A stretch of 61,822 nt of DNA. Origin: Sphingomonas sp. Its GTDB lineage: Bacteria; Pseudomonadota; Alphaproteobacteria; Sphingomonadales; Sphingomonadaceae. How positions within the stretch are numbered: the stretch's first letter is position 1; every line of letters starts with the position of its first letter. Shown piece after piece: positions 18,633 through 28,140 of this stretch. Position numbers and translations under genes: made by a program. The stretch spans positions 1 to 61,822 of the forward strand of contig JAIETY010000012.1 in assembly GCA_019744885.1 (NCBI GenBank), given 5' to 3'. The notes under the pieces are model-generated. The model made no database searches, had not been told where the DNA came from, and worked only from the letters and a program-made list of their open reading frames with translations.

Positions 18633-19397
18633 ATGCAGATTGAAGGTGCCAAGGCAATCATGGTAGGCGGCGCATCGGGCATGTGCCTCGCCACCGCCGA
18701 GCGGTTCGTGGCGCGGGGCGGCAAGGTCGCGATCCTCGATCAGGAAAAGTCCGACGGCGCCGCCGTTGCCAAGCGGCTGGGGGGCACCTTCCACCCCTGC
18801 CACGTCGCCTATTACGACGCGATGGCGAAGGTGATCGATGAAGCGGTGGCCGAACTGGGCGGGGTTCATTTCTGCCTAAACACCGCGGGCGGCGGCGTGC
18901 AGACGAAGACGCTGTCGAAGGACGGCAAGATGCACCCGATCGAGACCTTCGAAGGCGTGGTTAAGCTCAACCTCGTCGCCAGTTTCAACATCAACACCAA
19001 TGTCGCACGTCACATGGCGCTGAACGAACCCAATGAAGATGGTGAACGCGGGGTGATGATCAACACCTCCTCGATTGCCGCGTTCGAGGGGCAGATCGGG
19101 CAGGTTGCCTATACCGCCGCCAAGGCAGGCATTGCCGGCATGACGCTGACGATGGCGCGCGATCTCGGCAGCCTCGGCATCCGCGTGATGACGATCGCGC
19201 CCAGTCTGTTCGCGACCGGCCTGACCAAGGGCGTGACCCAGGAATTCGCCGACAATCTGGTCCGCGATGCCGCCTTCCCCAAGCGAATGGGCAAGCCCGA
19301 CGAATTCGCGATCATGGCGATCGCGATCTTTGAAAGCGCGATGATGAACGGATCGACTTTGCGCGTCGATGCCGGCCAACGCTTCGCGCCGCGCTGA
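18633..19397 (+). CDS. SDR, HSD17B10-like 3-hydroxyacyl-CoA dehydrogenase
   Basis: GGASGM, ERGVMINTSSIAAFEGQIGQVAYTAAKAG. Confidence 0.9.
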   Translation: MQIEGAKAIMVGGASGMCLATAERFVARGGKVAILDQEKSDGAAVAKRLGGTFHPCHVAYYDAMAKVIDEAVAELGGVHFCLNTAGGGVQTKTLSKDGKMHPIETFEGVVKLNLVASFNINTNVARHMALNEPNEDGERGVMINTSSIAAFEGQIGQVAYTAAKAGIAGMTLTMARDLGSLGIRVMTIAPSLFATGLTKGVTQEFADNLVRDAAFPKRMGKPDEFAIMAIAIFESAMMNGSTLRVDAGQRFAPR

Positions 19398-19407
19398 AGG
19401 AAGAGCC

Positions 19408-20589
19408 ATGACCGTGAAAGCCTTTGTCGGCGGTGCCGCGATGATCGAGTTTCGCAAACCCGGCGACGGCGATCCCTATGACGTGATGGGTGGCAACGCC
19501 GTGCGCGCCGCGCTTGCCGATGCCGGGATCGGCCTGGACAAGGTGCAGCAGGCCTATGCCAGCTATATCTATGGCGATAGCGCCTGCGGGCAGAAGGCGC
19601 TGTACGAAGTCGGCCTGCCCGGCATCCCGATCTTCAACGTCAACAACAACTGCTCGTCTGGCTCATCGGCGATCTTCCTCGCGCGCCAGGCGGTCGAAGC
19701 AGGCATGGCCGATTGCGTGCTGGCTTTTGGATTCGAACAGATGCAGCCCGGCGCGCTCAAGGCGCATTGGGATGACCGCGTCTCGCCCGGCCGCCTCGTC
19801 CTCAACGCGCTGTTCAAGTCGCGCCCCAACACGCCACCGCCGGGGGGCGCGGCCATGCTGTTTGGATCGGCAGGGTTCGAATATCTCGAAACCTATGGCG
19901 CGACCCCCGATTTGTTTGCCAAGGTCGCGGTCAAATCGCGCCGTCACGCCGCCGCCAATCCCTATGCGCTGTTCACCAAGCCGCTGACGGTTGAGGACGT
20001 GATGGCGTCCCCGGTCGTCTATGGCGACAGCCTGCACCGGCTGATGTGCTGCCCGCCGACCTGCGGTGCTGCGGCGGTCATCATCGTCAGCGAAAAATTC
20101 GCCAAGGCCAATGGCATCTCCCGACTGGTTGAGATCGCCGGGCAAGGCATGGCGACCGACACCGCGACGCTGTACGATAATGCCCGCAACGTCGTGGGTC
20201 AGGACTATGGCCGCCGCGCCGCCAACATCGCCTATGAAGCCGCCGGAATTGGCCCCGAAGACGCCGATTTGGTCGAGCTCCACGATTGCTTCACCCCCAA
20301 TGAGGTCATCACCTATGAAGCGCTCGGCCTGTGCGGCGAGGGTGAGGCGACACGCTTCGTCGATGATGGCGACAACACTTATGGCGGCAAGATCGTCGTC
20401 AACCCCTCGGGCGGGTTGATGTCGAAAGGGCATCCAATCGGCGCAACCGGCGTGGCGCAATGCGTCGAGATCGTCTGGCATTTGCGCGGCGATGCTGGCC
20501 AGCGCCAGGTCGAGGGCGCGCGGATTGGCCTGCAACATAACATCGGCGTCCCCGGCGCGGCGGTCGTCACCATCTACAAGGCCGCCTGA
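19408..20589 (+). CDS. SCP2-type thiolase (lipid-transfer-protein family)
   Basis: NNNCSSGS, VELHDCF, GGLMSKGHPIGATG. Confidence 0.9.
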   Translation: MTVKAFVGGAAMIEFRKPGDGDPYDVMGGNAVRAALADAGIGLDKVQQAYASYIYGDSACGQKALYEVGLPGIPIFNVNNNCSSGSSAIFLARQAVEAGMADCVLAFGFEQMQPGALKAHWDDRVSPGRLVLNALFKSRPNTPPPGGAAMLFGSAGFEYLETYGATPDLFAKVAVKSRRHAAANPYALFTKPLTVEDVMASPVVYGDSLHRLMCCPPTCGAAAVIIVSEKFAKANGISRLVEIAGQGMATDTATLYDNARNVVGQDYGRRAANIAYEAAGIGPEDADLVELHDCFTPNEVITYEALGLCGEGEATRFVDDGDNTYGGKIVVNPSGGLMSKGHPIGATGVAQCVEIVWHLRGDAGQRQVEGARIGLQHNIGVPGAAVVTIYKAA

Positions 20590-20601
20590 GGTGACCGACC
20601 G

Positions 20602-21696
20602 ATGAATTTCGATTTCTCGCCCGAACAACGCCAGTTCGGCGATCAGGTCGCCCGGATGCTGACCGATCTTGCGCCCGTCGCCGAAGCGCGGCGCGTGCTG
20701 GAGGGTGACGCCGCCTATAGCGCCCCTGCATGGCAGGGGCTGGCTGGGCTTGGATTCCAAGCGATCATGATCCCCGAGGATCAGGGCGGGCTCGGCATGG
20801 GCGCACTCGAAATGTGCATCGCGGCGGAACAGATCGGCAAATCAATGGCTCCGGTGCCGTCGCTGTCGTCGGCCTATATCTGTGGAGAGGCGATCCGGCT
20901 GTACGGTGATGCCGAGCAACAGGCGCGCTGGCTGCCGGGTCTGGCGGATGGCAGCATCATCGGCACCTGGGCCGCCGCCGAAGCACCCGGCGAACGCGCG
21001 ACCAGCTTTTCGGATGGCATGCTGACCGGGCACAAGTTGCCGGTGCTCGACGGCATGACCGCCGACATCGCCCTGGTCATCGCCACCGCACCGGGCGTGG
21101 GCGCGGTGCTGACCCTCTGCCCGCTTTCCGGTGACGGCGTCACGCGCCACGCCGTCGCCAATGTCGATCCCACCCGCCCGGTGGCCGATATTCGCTTCGC
21201 CAATGCCCCCGCCGAACGGCTCGGTACGGCGGGTGCTGCCGAATGGGCGCATCTGCAGGACCGCGCGGCCGTGCTGCTCGCTTTCGAGCAAATCGGCGCC
21301 GCCGACCGCGCGCTGTGGATGGCGCGCGACTATGCACTCACTCGCAAATCCTTTGGTCGGCCAATCGGCTCCTATCAGGCGATCAAGCACAAGCTCGCCA
21401 ATATCTACGCCAAGAACGAGATCGCTCGTTCGCATGCCTATTACGGCGCCTGGGCGCTGGCGACAGGCGCACCCGAACTGCCCCTGGCTGCGGCGGGTGC
21501 GCGCGTTTCGGCATCGGAGGCTTTGTCCTTTGCCGCGCAGGAGAATATCCAGACGCACGGCGGCATCGGCTTTACCTGGGAATCGGACTGCCATCTGTTC
21601 TATCGCCGGGCGCAGCAGCATGCGTTGATCCTGGGATCGGTACCGGTCTGGAAAACCCGTATCCTCCAGCAGTTGGAGCGTCAGGACCGGGAATAG
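20602..21696 (+). CDS. Acyl-CoA dehydrogenase, short partner subunit of a hetero-pair
   Basis: FGRPIGSYQAIKHKLA, QTHGGIGFTWE; lacks the usual EP..GSD motif. Confidence 0.88.
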   Translation: MNFDFSPEQRQFGDQVARMLTDLAPVAEARRVLEGDAAYSAPAWQGLAGLGFQAIMIPEDQGGLGMGALEMCIAAEQIGKSMAPVPSLSSAYICGEAIRLYGDAEQQARWLPGLADGSIIGTWAAAEAPGERATSFSDGMLTGHKLPVLDGMTADIALVIATAPGVGAVLTLCPLSGDGVTRHAVANVDPTRPVADIRFANAPAERLGTAGAAEWAHLQDRAAVLLAFEQIGAADRALWMARDYALTRKSFGRPIGSYQAIKHKLANIYAKNEIARSHAYYGAWALATGAPELPLAAAGARVSASEALSFAAQENIQTHGGIGFTWESDCHLFYRRAQQHALILGSVPVWKTRILQQLERQDRE

Positions 21697-21700
21697 CGCC

Positions 21701-22927
21701 ATGGATTTCAACGACACCCCCGAAGAAGCCGCCTTCCGCGCCGAAGTGCGCGACTGGCTCGCCGCCAATGCGGTCCTGCGCAGCGATACGAAGGACCTGA
21801 CGGCCGTCGGGCTTGGCGCGCATCTCGACAAGGCGCGCGCATTCCAGCGCAAGAAGGTGGCCGCCGGATTTTCGGTCATCACCATGCCGCGTGCCTATGG
21901 CGGGCGCGGCGGCACGCCGATTCAGCAGCTCATCTATCTGCAGGAAGAGGCGCGCTATGAAAATTGCGGCGTGCCCGAAATCTTCGGGGTCGGGCTCGGC
22001 ATGTGTCTGCCGACGATCCTGCACCACGGCACCGATGCGCAGCGCGACCGCTATCTGGGGCCGGGTATCAGCGGCGATGAAATCTGGTGCCAGCTTTTCT
22101 CCGAACCCTCGGGCGGGTCGGACGTGGCCGGTGCCCGGACGTCGGCGGTGCGCGACGGCGACGACTGGATCTTGAACGGCCAGAAAATCTGGACATCGGG
22201 CGCGCATTACTGCGATTTCGGCATCATCACCGCGCGCACCGATCCCACAGCGCGCAAGCATCGCGGCATGACGATGTTCATCGTCGATATGAAATCGCCG
22301 GGGATAGAGGTCCGCCCGATCCGGCAATTGTCGAACACGTCGGAATTCAACGAGGTGTTCTTCACCGACGTCCGCGTGCCCGACGCCAACCGGCTCGGCG
22401 CATTGAACGATGGCTGGAATGTTGCGCTGTCGACGCTGATGCACGAGCGCGTCAGCATCGGCGCCCGATCCGAAACGCTCGACTGGCGGCGCCTGCTCGA
22501 CATTGCGCGCGCGCAAGACATTGGCGGCAGGCCCGCGATCGAGGATGCGCGGGTCGGCGACCAGATCGTCGACAGCTGGCTGATCGAATTCGGCGCGCAG
22601 CTGACATCCTATCGCGGTCAGACGGCGCTTTCGCGCGGCGAACAGCCCGGCCCCGAACAATCGGTGCTGAAAATGCTCAAAGCGCCGCTGCTCCAGCAAA
22701 ACGCCTATCGCGCGATGGAAATGGCGGGCGAGGCCGGCATGCTAACCCATATCGAACCCGGCGACGCCTGGGACGATGTGATCAATTCGCTGCTGTTCAG
22801 CCCCGGCATCCGCATCGCGGGTGGTAGCGACGAGATATTGCGCAACATCGTCGCCGAACGCGTGCTCGGTCTGCCGCAGGATGTGCGGCTGGACAAGGAT
22901 GTGCCGTTTAATGAGATCCCGGTTTAG
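21701..22927 (+). CDS. Acyl-CoA dehydrogenase, catalytic subunit of a hetero-pair
   Basis: WCQLFSEPSGGSD, GQKIWTS, FNEVFF, IAGGSDEILRN. Confidence 0.9.
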   Translation: MDFNDTPEEAAFRAEVRDWLAANAVLRSDTKDLTAVGLGAHLDKARAFQRKKVAAGFSVITMPRAYGGRGGTPIQQLIYLQEEARYENCGVPEIFGVGLGMCLPTILHHGTDAQRDRYLGPGISGDEIWCQLFSEPSGGSDVAGARTSAVRDGDDWILNGQKIWTSGAHYCDFGIITARTDPTARKHRGMTMFIVDMKSPGIEVRPIRQLSNTSEFNEVFFTDVRVPDANRLGALNDGWNVALSTLMHERVSIGARSETLDWRRLLDIARAQDIGGRPAIEDARVGDQIVDSWLIEFGAQLTSYRGQTALSRGEQPGPEQSVLKMLKAPLLQQNAYRAMEMAGEAGMLTHIEPGDAWDDVINSLLFSPGIRIAGGSDEILRNIVAERVLGLPQDVRLDKDVPFNEIPV

Positions 22928-22986
22928 GGGCGCATTGGGGGCGATACTTGCAGCGATCTTCACCCGTGAAGTGCTCAACCGCCACC

Positions 22987-23046
22987 GTCGCCCCGCACTT
23001 GATGCGGGGCTTGGCTATTCTTTGATGCCAGCGTGCGGGGCGCGAC
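22987..23046. repeat. REP-like palindromic element, possibly also a terminator between convergent genes
   Basis: GCCCCGCA-CTTGA-TGCGGGGC (22990-23010), plus a second arm GTGCGGGGCG (23033-23042) complementary to 22989-22998. Confidence 0.55.
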
Positions 23047-23049
23047 CCG

Positions 23050-23481
23050 TCAATCCTCGTCTTCACGTTCAAACGGATTGACCAGCTTGACGCCCATACC
23101 GGCAAAATCGCCGACATTGCGCGTTGCCAGGGTCAATCCGGCATTGATCGCTGTCGCGGCTATCCAGGCGTCGCGTTCGGACTTGGGATCGGGGATGTGC
23201 AGACCGGCGCAGACCAAGGCGACCTCGCCCGACAGCGGCAGAATCCGGTGCTCAAAGGTCGTCATAACCTGATCGACGAGCCAGCGCCGCAACATCAGGC
23301 CCTGCACCCGGTCGCGGCGCTCCAACTGTTGTACGCCGCGTTCCAGTTCAAAGATGGTCATCGCCGACAAGAAAGTCTGCTCGGCATCGATCCCGTCGAG
23401 CCAAATTGCCGCAACTGGATCGACCCGCGACGTGCCCAGCTTGCGGCCTTCCGACACTACGTTGGTATCGAGAAGGTACAT
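23050..23481 (-). CDS. vapC: PIN-domain toxin
   Basis: YLLDTNVVSE, ELERG, DAWIAATA, ATRNVGDF, NPF. Confidence 0.92.
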   Translation of the reverse strand: MYLLDTNVVSEGRKLGTSRVDPVAAIWLDGIDAEQTFLSAMTIFELERGVQQLERRDRVQGLMLRRWLVDQVMTTFEHRILPLSGEVALVCAGLHIPDPKSERDAWIAATAINAGLTLATRNVGDFAGMGVKLVNPFEREDED

Positions 23482-23726
23482 CAATCGGCAAAGTCGGGTG
23501 CGCGGCCTGCAATGCCGGACCGTGTCGGTTCCCAATCGAAATCCTGCGACTCGATCGGCGCAAGTGCCTGCGACAGAGTCTTGCGCTGCGCCGCCATGCG
23601 TTCGAGCGCCTCCTCGATGATATCGACCTGGCTACGCCCGCCCGCCCCGAGCCGCCGCAGCAGGGCGGTTGCGCGGGCCGAACGAATGGTGATCGGCGGC
23701 TGGCGGCGACGAGCGGCTTCGGTCAT
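23481..23726 (-). CDS. Antitoxin (VapB-like, probably ribbon-helix-helix)
   Basis: 81 aa directly upstream of vapC with TGATG coupling; ITIRS..A..LL and acidic C-terminus. Confidence 0.7.
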   Translation of the reverse strand: MTEAARRRQPPITIRSARATALLRRLGAGGRSQVDIIEEALERMAAQRKTLSQALAPIESQDFDWEPTRSGIAGRAPDFAD

Positions 23727-23757
23727 TGTGCATCCCTCCGATGCAGCCTTTAATGTT

Positions 23758-23779
23758 GTACATGCACATATGCAAGTAC
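23758..23779. promoter_or_regulatory. Inverted repeat, likely TA autoregulation operator
   Basis: GTACATGCA-CATA-TGCAAGTAC (8/9 arm match) about 30 nt upstream of the antitoxin start. Confidence 0.55.
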
Positions 23780-23832
23780 GTAGCGTGAATAGCGATGCTG
23801 GGTGACGAACGGCGGGATCATCCGACACCCAT

Positions 23833-25296
23833 TCAACCCATGCCCCCTACCTCCAACCGCACGCGGCGCAATTCACTCCGCCGTACCTTACCGGCATCGT
23901 CCCTCACCGGCTCCGTCACAAATTCCACGCTGCGCGGCACTTTGTAGCGCGCCACCTGCGTGCCGACGAAGTCGATCAACGCCTCCGCCACCATCGGTGC
24001 GAAGCAATCGACGATGGCGTGGACCCGGTTGCCCAGATCATCGTCGGGCAGGCCGATCACCGCGCTGGATCGCACATTCGGGTGCGCGTCGATCGCCGCT
24101 TCGACCTCCGCCGGATAGACGTTCGCGCCGCCCGAAAGGATCATGTCGGTGCGCCGGTCGGCGATGTAGAGATAGCCATCGGGGTCGAACCAGCCGAGAT
24201 CGCCCAGGCTTTCGAAGCCGTCGTGCGTCGCGCGCGCCTCTGCGCCGACATAATGATAGGTCGTCCCCGCCCCCGCCTTGGGCCGCATATAGATTTCGCC
24301 GATCTCACCCGCCGGCAGCACCTGTCCATCCTCGCCCAATATCTTCATGTCGAACAGGTCGAGCGGTTTGCCGACCGATCCCTTGTGTTCGAGCCATTCG
24401 TCGCCGCGGATCAGCGTTGTCCCTTGCGCCTCGGTGCCGCCGTACAACTCCCAGATCTTCTCCGGGCCCAGCCAGTCGATCCAGGCCTGTTTCAACCATG
24501 CCGGGCACGGCGCGGCCATATGCCACAAGGTCTCGATCGACGAGACATCGAACGCCGCGCGGACTTGCGGATCGAGCCGCGAAATCCGCGACATCATCGT
24601 CGGCACCATCAGCACCCAGCCGACGCGGTGCCGTTCGATCAGCGCCAGCGCTTCTTGCGGGTCGAAACGCTTCATCACCACCAGATGATGGCCGCGCGAC
24701 AGCCCGATCATCGACAGCGAGAAAGGCGCATTGTGATAGAGCGGCCCGGGCACCAGCTGCACCTGATCGCGCGTCATCCCCATGAAGGGCGCATCGGGGT
24801 CGAACGCCGCCGGGCTCTTGGCGACGATCAGCTTGGGGCGACCGGTGCTGCCGCCCGATGTCGGGGCCTTCCAGTGGCGGGTAATTTTGTCGGGCAGCGG
24901 CGCATCGCTGATGTCGGGCGCGGGCACGAACCCCTCGGCCACATGCGCACGCCCGCCAACCACCGCGCGCGCGGTGCCGACGATCAGCGCGGGCTTGGCC
25001 AGTTCGACAATCGCCTGCAACTCCGCATCGGGCAGTTTCGCCGACACCGGCTGCGGCGTTGCCCCTAGCTTCCAGATCGCGACCGCCGCCTGATAGAATT
25101 CGATGCCATTGGGCAGCGCGATCGTGACAAGATCGTCCTCGCCCACGCCAAGTGCCTGATAGGCGCGCGCCAGCCGGTTGGTGCTGAGGTCGAAATCGCG
25201 ACGCGAGATGCTCTGCCCTTCGCAGGTGATCATTGGCCGGTCCGGATCGGCATCGGCGTGCATCTTCAGCACCGCGGCCATCGACATCACCGCCAT
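23833..25296 (-). CDS. Acyl-CoA synthetase (bile acid-CoA ligase-like subfamily)
   Basis: TSGGSTGRPK, GPLYHNAPF, YGGTE, GDLG, DAGKVRR. Confidence 0.9.
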   Translation of the reverse strand: MAVMSMAAVLKMHADADPDRPMITCEGQSISRRDFDLSTNRLARAYQALGVGEDDLVTIALPNGIEFYQAAVAIWKLGATPQPVSAKLPDAELQAIVELAKPALIVGTARAVVGGRAHVAEGFVPAPDISDAPLPDKITRHWKAPTSGGSTGRPKLIVAKSPAAFDPDAPFMGMTRDQVQLVPGPLYHNAPFSLSMIGLSRGHHLVVMKRFDPQEALALIERHRVGWVLMVPTMMSRISRLDPQVRAAFDVSSIETLWHMAAPCPAWLKQAWIDWLGPEKIWELYGGTEAQGTTLIRGDEWLEHKGSVGKPLDLFDMKILGEDGQVLPAGEIGEIYMRPKAGAGTTYHYVGAEARATHDGFESLGDLGWFDPDGYLYIADRRTDMILSGGANVYPAEVEAAIDAHPNVRSSAVIGLPDDDLGNRVHAIVDCFAPMVAEALIDFVGTQVARYKVPRSVEFVTEPVRDDAGKVRRSELRRVRLEVGGMG

Positions 25297-25328
25297 CTAC
25301 GGTATCTCCTCGCCCCAGCGCCGCAGGA

Positions 25329-26648
25329 TCAATCGACCCGGTCTTGGTGAAAAGTTCGCGCACCAATCATATAGAGCACGCCGCCAACGGTCAGCGCGAT
25401 CGGGGTGAATTGCAAGGCGGCTTTGAGCGATCCATCGCCGTAGAGCGGGACAAGCTGCGTGCTGATGTATCCGATCGCCCAAGGGCCGACCCCCTGTCCG
25501 ATGAGTGCCGACACGAACATCGTGATCGACACCGCGACACCACGCATTCGTGACGATACCGTCGACTGGATTGCCGCCGATGCAGGCCCAAGGATCGTCC
25601 CGAGTAGGAAGGTTGCCGTGCCCAGTGCCGTCAGCGTGATTGCCAGCGAACTGGTTGAAAAAGCCAAAACATAGCATCCAGTCACCAGAAAATTGGCGAT
25701 CCCGGGCAGCCACATTTCCCAGCGCCGATCATGCTTCAGCAGCGGAGAAGAAATTGTCGCCCCCACCAGCATACCACCGACAAAGGCAAGGCCGATGATC
25801 GTGCCATAGACCACGCCGACGTCGCGGATCGGCATATGGTATGAGCGGATCAGCAGCGTCGGCACCCAATACCCGATGCCCTGCAGCCCAAACACCGTGA
25901 AGGAATAGGCCAATACGATGAACATCAGCGTCTGGTTTGATCGCAGTGCCCTGATCGTTTCTCCCAGGCTGGGCGCATGGGCTGTCTGTACCGCCATGCT
26001 TTCAAACGTGCCGCGCACTGGCTCCCTCACCGTCAGCAGAATCGTCAATGCCAGCAACGCGCCCGGAATCCCGAAATAGACAAAGGTCATCCGCCAGCCC
26101 ACCGCTTGGGCAAGGACGCCGGCGATGATCAATCCAAGGATTGCCCCGATGCCAAGGCCGGACTGGATCAGCGCCAGCGCACTCGCGCGGTGTTCCGGGC
26201 GAAACTTGTCGCCGATCAGCGAATATTTCGTGGGAATGCCGCCTGCATCCCCCACGCCGACCGCGACCCGCGCCAGGAACAGCTGGGCGAAATTCATCAC
26301 CATGCCCGACATCACGGTGCCGACGCTGAACAGACCGATAGCAATCGCCAGCAATTTGGTTCGCGACCGCGTGTCGGTGAGGCGACCGATCAGCAACCCG
26401 AACAGCGCAAAGAAAATGGCACCGGCAAAGCCCAGCAGCCCGACCTGGCTATCCTGAAGCGAGAATTCCTTGCGGATCGGTTCGAGCAGGATCGACAGGA
26501 TGGTGCGATCCATCGTCGCCAGCAGATTGGCGAGAAAAAAGATGAACACAACATAGTATAGATAAGGCGACCCGAACCCACGGGGCTTGGCAATGTCGGG
26601 TTGATCGACGCCGCCGACAGGGTCAACCGCGTGCAGCGCATCGCTCAT
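25329..26648 (-). CDS. MFS transporter (spinster-like)
   Basis: MDRTILSILLEPIRKEFSLQDSQVGLL, ARVAVGVGDAG, GWRMTF; about 12 TM segments. Confidence 0.9.
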   Translation of the reverse strand: MSDALHAVDPVGGVDQPDIAKPRGFGSPYLYYVVFIFFLANLLATMDRTILSILLEPIRKEFSLQDSQVGLLGFAGAIFFALFGLLIGRLTDTRSRTKLLAIAIGLFSVGTVMSGMVMNFAQLFLARVAVGVGDAGGIPTKYSLIGDKFRPEHRASALALIQSGLGIGAILGLIIAGVLAQAVGWRMTFVYFGIPGALLALTILLTVREPVRGTFESMAVQTAHAPSLGETIRALRSNQTLMFIVLAYSFTVFGLQGIGYWVPTLLIRSYHMPIRDVGVVYGTIIGLAFVGGMLVGATISSPLLKHDRRWEMWLPGIANFLVTGCYVLAFSTSSLAITLTALGTATFLLGTILGPASAAIQSTVSSRMRGVAVSITMFVSALIGQGVGPWAIGYISTQLVPLYGDGSLKAALQFTPIALTVGGVLYMIGARTFHQDRVD

Positions 26649-26651
26649 GGC

Positions 26652-27554
26652 TCAATCCATCCTTGCTTTGATATAATCGCCGATCGCGCCAATCGCCTGG
26701 GCAGCATCCTCGAGTTCGGTCGCGAACCAGTGCCAGACATGGGTCTGGTGCGGCCAGACCTCGAAGGTCACGTCCACGCCCTCGCGCCGCGCCTTGTGGG
26801 CGATGGCGATGCCGTCATCGAGCAACACCTCGCCTCCGCCCACCTGAATGAGCAGGGGCGGCAGGCCGGTCAGGTCGCCGAACAGCGGCGAGACATAGGG
26901 GCCCCTGGGATCGCCCTCACCGACATAGAGCTTGGCGCCGATGAACAGCGGCGTGGTGCTGGCGATGTCGCGACCGACATTGGTGGTCAGTGTCTTATGG
27001 TCCATCGTCATGTCGATCCAGGGCGAGATCGGCACGCCAAGCGCGGGCATTGGCAAATCGCCATCGTCGCGAATCTTCATCAGCGCGGCGATCGTCAGCC
27101 CGCCACCCGCTGATTCCCCGGCAAGGATGATGTGCTTCGCGTCATACCCCTGGGCCAGCAGCCATCGGTACGCCGCCAGCGTATCGTCGAGCGCGGCGGG
27201 AAAGGGGTGTTCGGGGGCGAGCCGGTAATCGATATTGAGGACCCGCGCGTCCGCCGCGCGCCCAATCCGCGACGCGCATTCGCGCACCGTGACGGGCGAT
27301 CCAGAAATATAGCAACCGCCATGAATGTAGAGGATCACCCGCTCGGTACGGGCATTGGCGGGCACCACCCATTCGGCATGCACGCCACCGGCATCGACCG
27401 GGGTGACGGTGATGTCGTCGCCCAGCGGATAGCGATTGTCGAACGAGGCGATCGACAGCCGGACATGTTCCAGCGTCTGGGAAAACCTTTCGCGGATATC
27501 CTTTTCCGCATCGCGGGCGCGCATGTAGTTCTGAAAACTCTCGCTCTGCTGCAC
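26652..27554 (-). CDS. HSL-family alpha/beta hydrolase (esterase/lactonase-like)
   Basis: HGGCY, DYRLAPEHPFP, GESAGG, EVLLDD, HVWH; GTG start at 27554 chosen from the RBS. Confidence 0.88.
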   Translation of the reverse strand: MQQSESFQNYMRARDAEKDIRERFSQTLEHVRLSIASFDNRYPLGDDITVTPVDAGGVHAEWVVPANARTERVILYIHGGCYISGSPVTVRECASRIGRAADARVLNIDYRLAPEHPFPAALDDTLAAYRWLLAQGYDAKHIILAGESAGGGLTIAALMKIRDDGDLPMPALGVPISPWIDMTMDHKTLTTNVGRDIASTTPLFIGAKLYVGEGDPRGPYVSPLFGDLTGLPPLLIQVGGGEVLLDDGIAIAHKARREGVDVTFEVWPHQTHVWHWFATELEDAAQAIGAIGDYIKARMD

Positions 27555-27729
27555 GACCCGCTCTCCCCTTTCGATTGACGCATACGCTACACAGGGTATA
27601 TATTTTTTCCCGGTAGTAAACATCGACCGTAGCTCAGGATAGCGCGGCGGATCGGGCAGAAACCAAGCAAAACCGGCCATTACAGGCGGGATAACAGGCC
27701 AGTTTATGGCCTGAAGACAGGAAAGGGTG

Positions 27730-28134
27730 ATGATGGCGGACCACCGACAGGCGCTGCGCGATTATGTGCGCCACTGGTATGAGGTTTTTCCGCGCGGCGA
27801 CGCGGCGGCGATGGCCGCGCTCTACACCGACGACGCACGGCTGATGCTCGCCAATCTGCCCCGCGTGCACGGCAGCAAGGCGATCGGCGCAATGATCGGT
27901 GCCTTCCCCGGCTATGCCGAAATGGACTGCCGCCACGAAGTCACCGATGTCGATATGCTGAGCGATGATCTGGCGGTCGTGACGGGGTCGGCCTGGGTCG
28001 ATGTCACCCCGCGCGACGGCAGCGCACCGAGCCGCGACGCATCACGCTTCGTGATGGTGATGAAGCGCGATCCCGACAGCGGCGACTGGCGCTGCCATTA
28101 CGACGTGTCGCAGCACACCCCCGATGTCAGCTGA
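27730..28134 (+). CDS. NTF2/SnoaL-like (DUF4440-type) protein
   Basis: ~134 aa; GDAAAMAALYTDDA, HGSKAI, VMKR...GDWR. Confidence 0.75.
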   Translation: MMADHRQALRDYVRHWYEVFPRGDAAAMAALYTDDARLMLANLPRVHGSKAIGAMIGAFPGYAEMDCRHEVTDVDMLSDDLAVVTGSAWVDVTPRDGSAPSRDASRFVMVMKRDPDSGDWRCHYDVSQHTPDVS

Positions 28135-28140
28135 CTGACA

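Noticed and set aside
27646-27679. Possible seventh copy of the bipartite motif (minus strand, TGGCCGGTTTTGCT...)
   Set aside because: The first half-site resembles copy D, but the second half-site and spacing do not fit the consensus, so it was not counted
27695-27713. CAGGCCA-N5-TGGCCTG inverted repeat before the SnoaL gene
   Set aside because: Single 7-bp stem with no second copy and no U tract; could be chance
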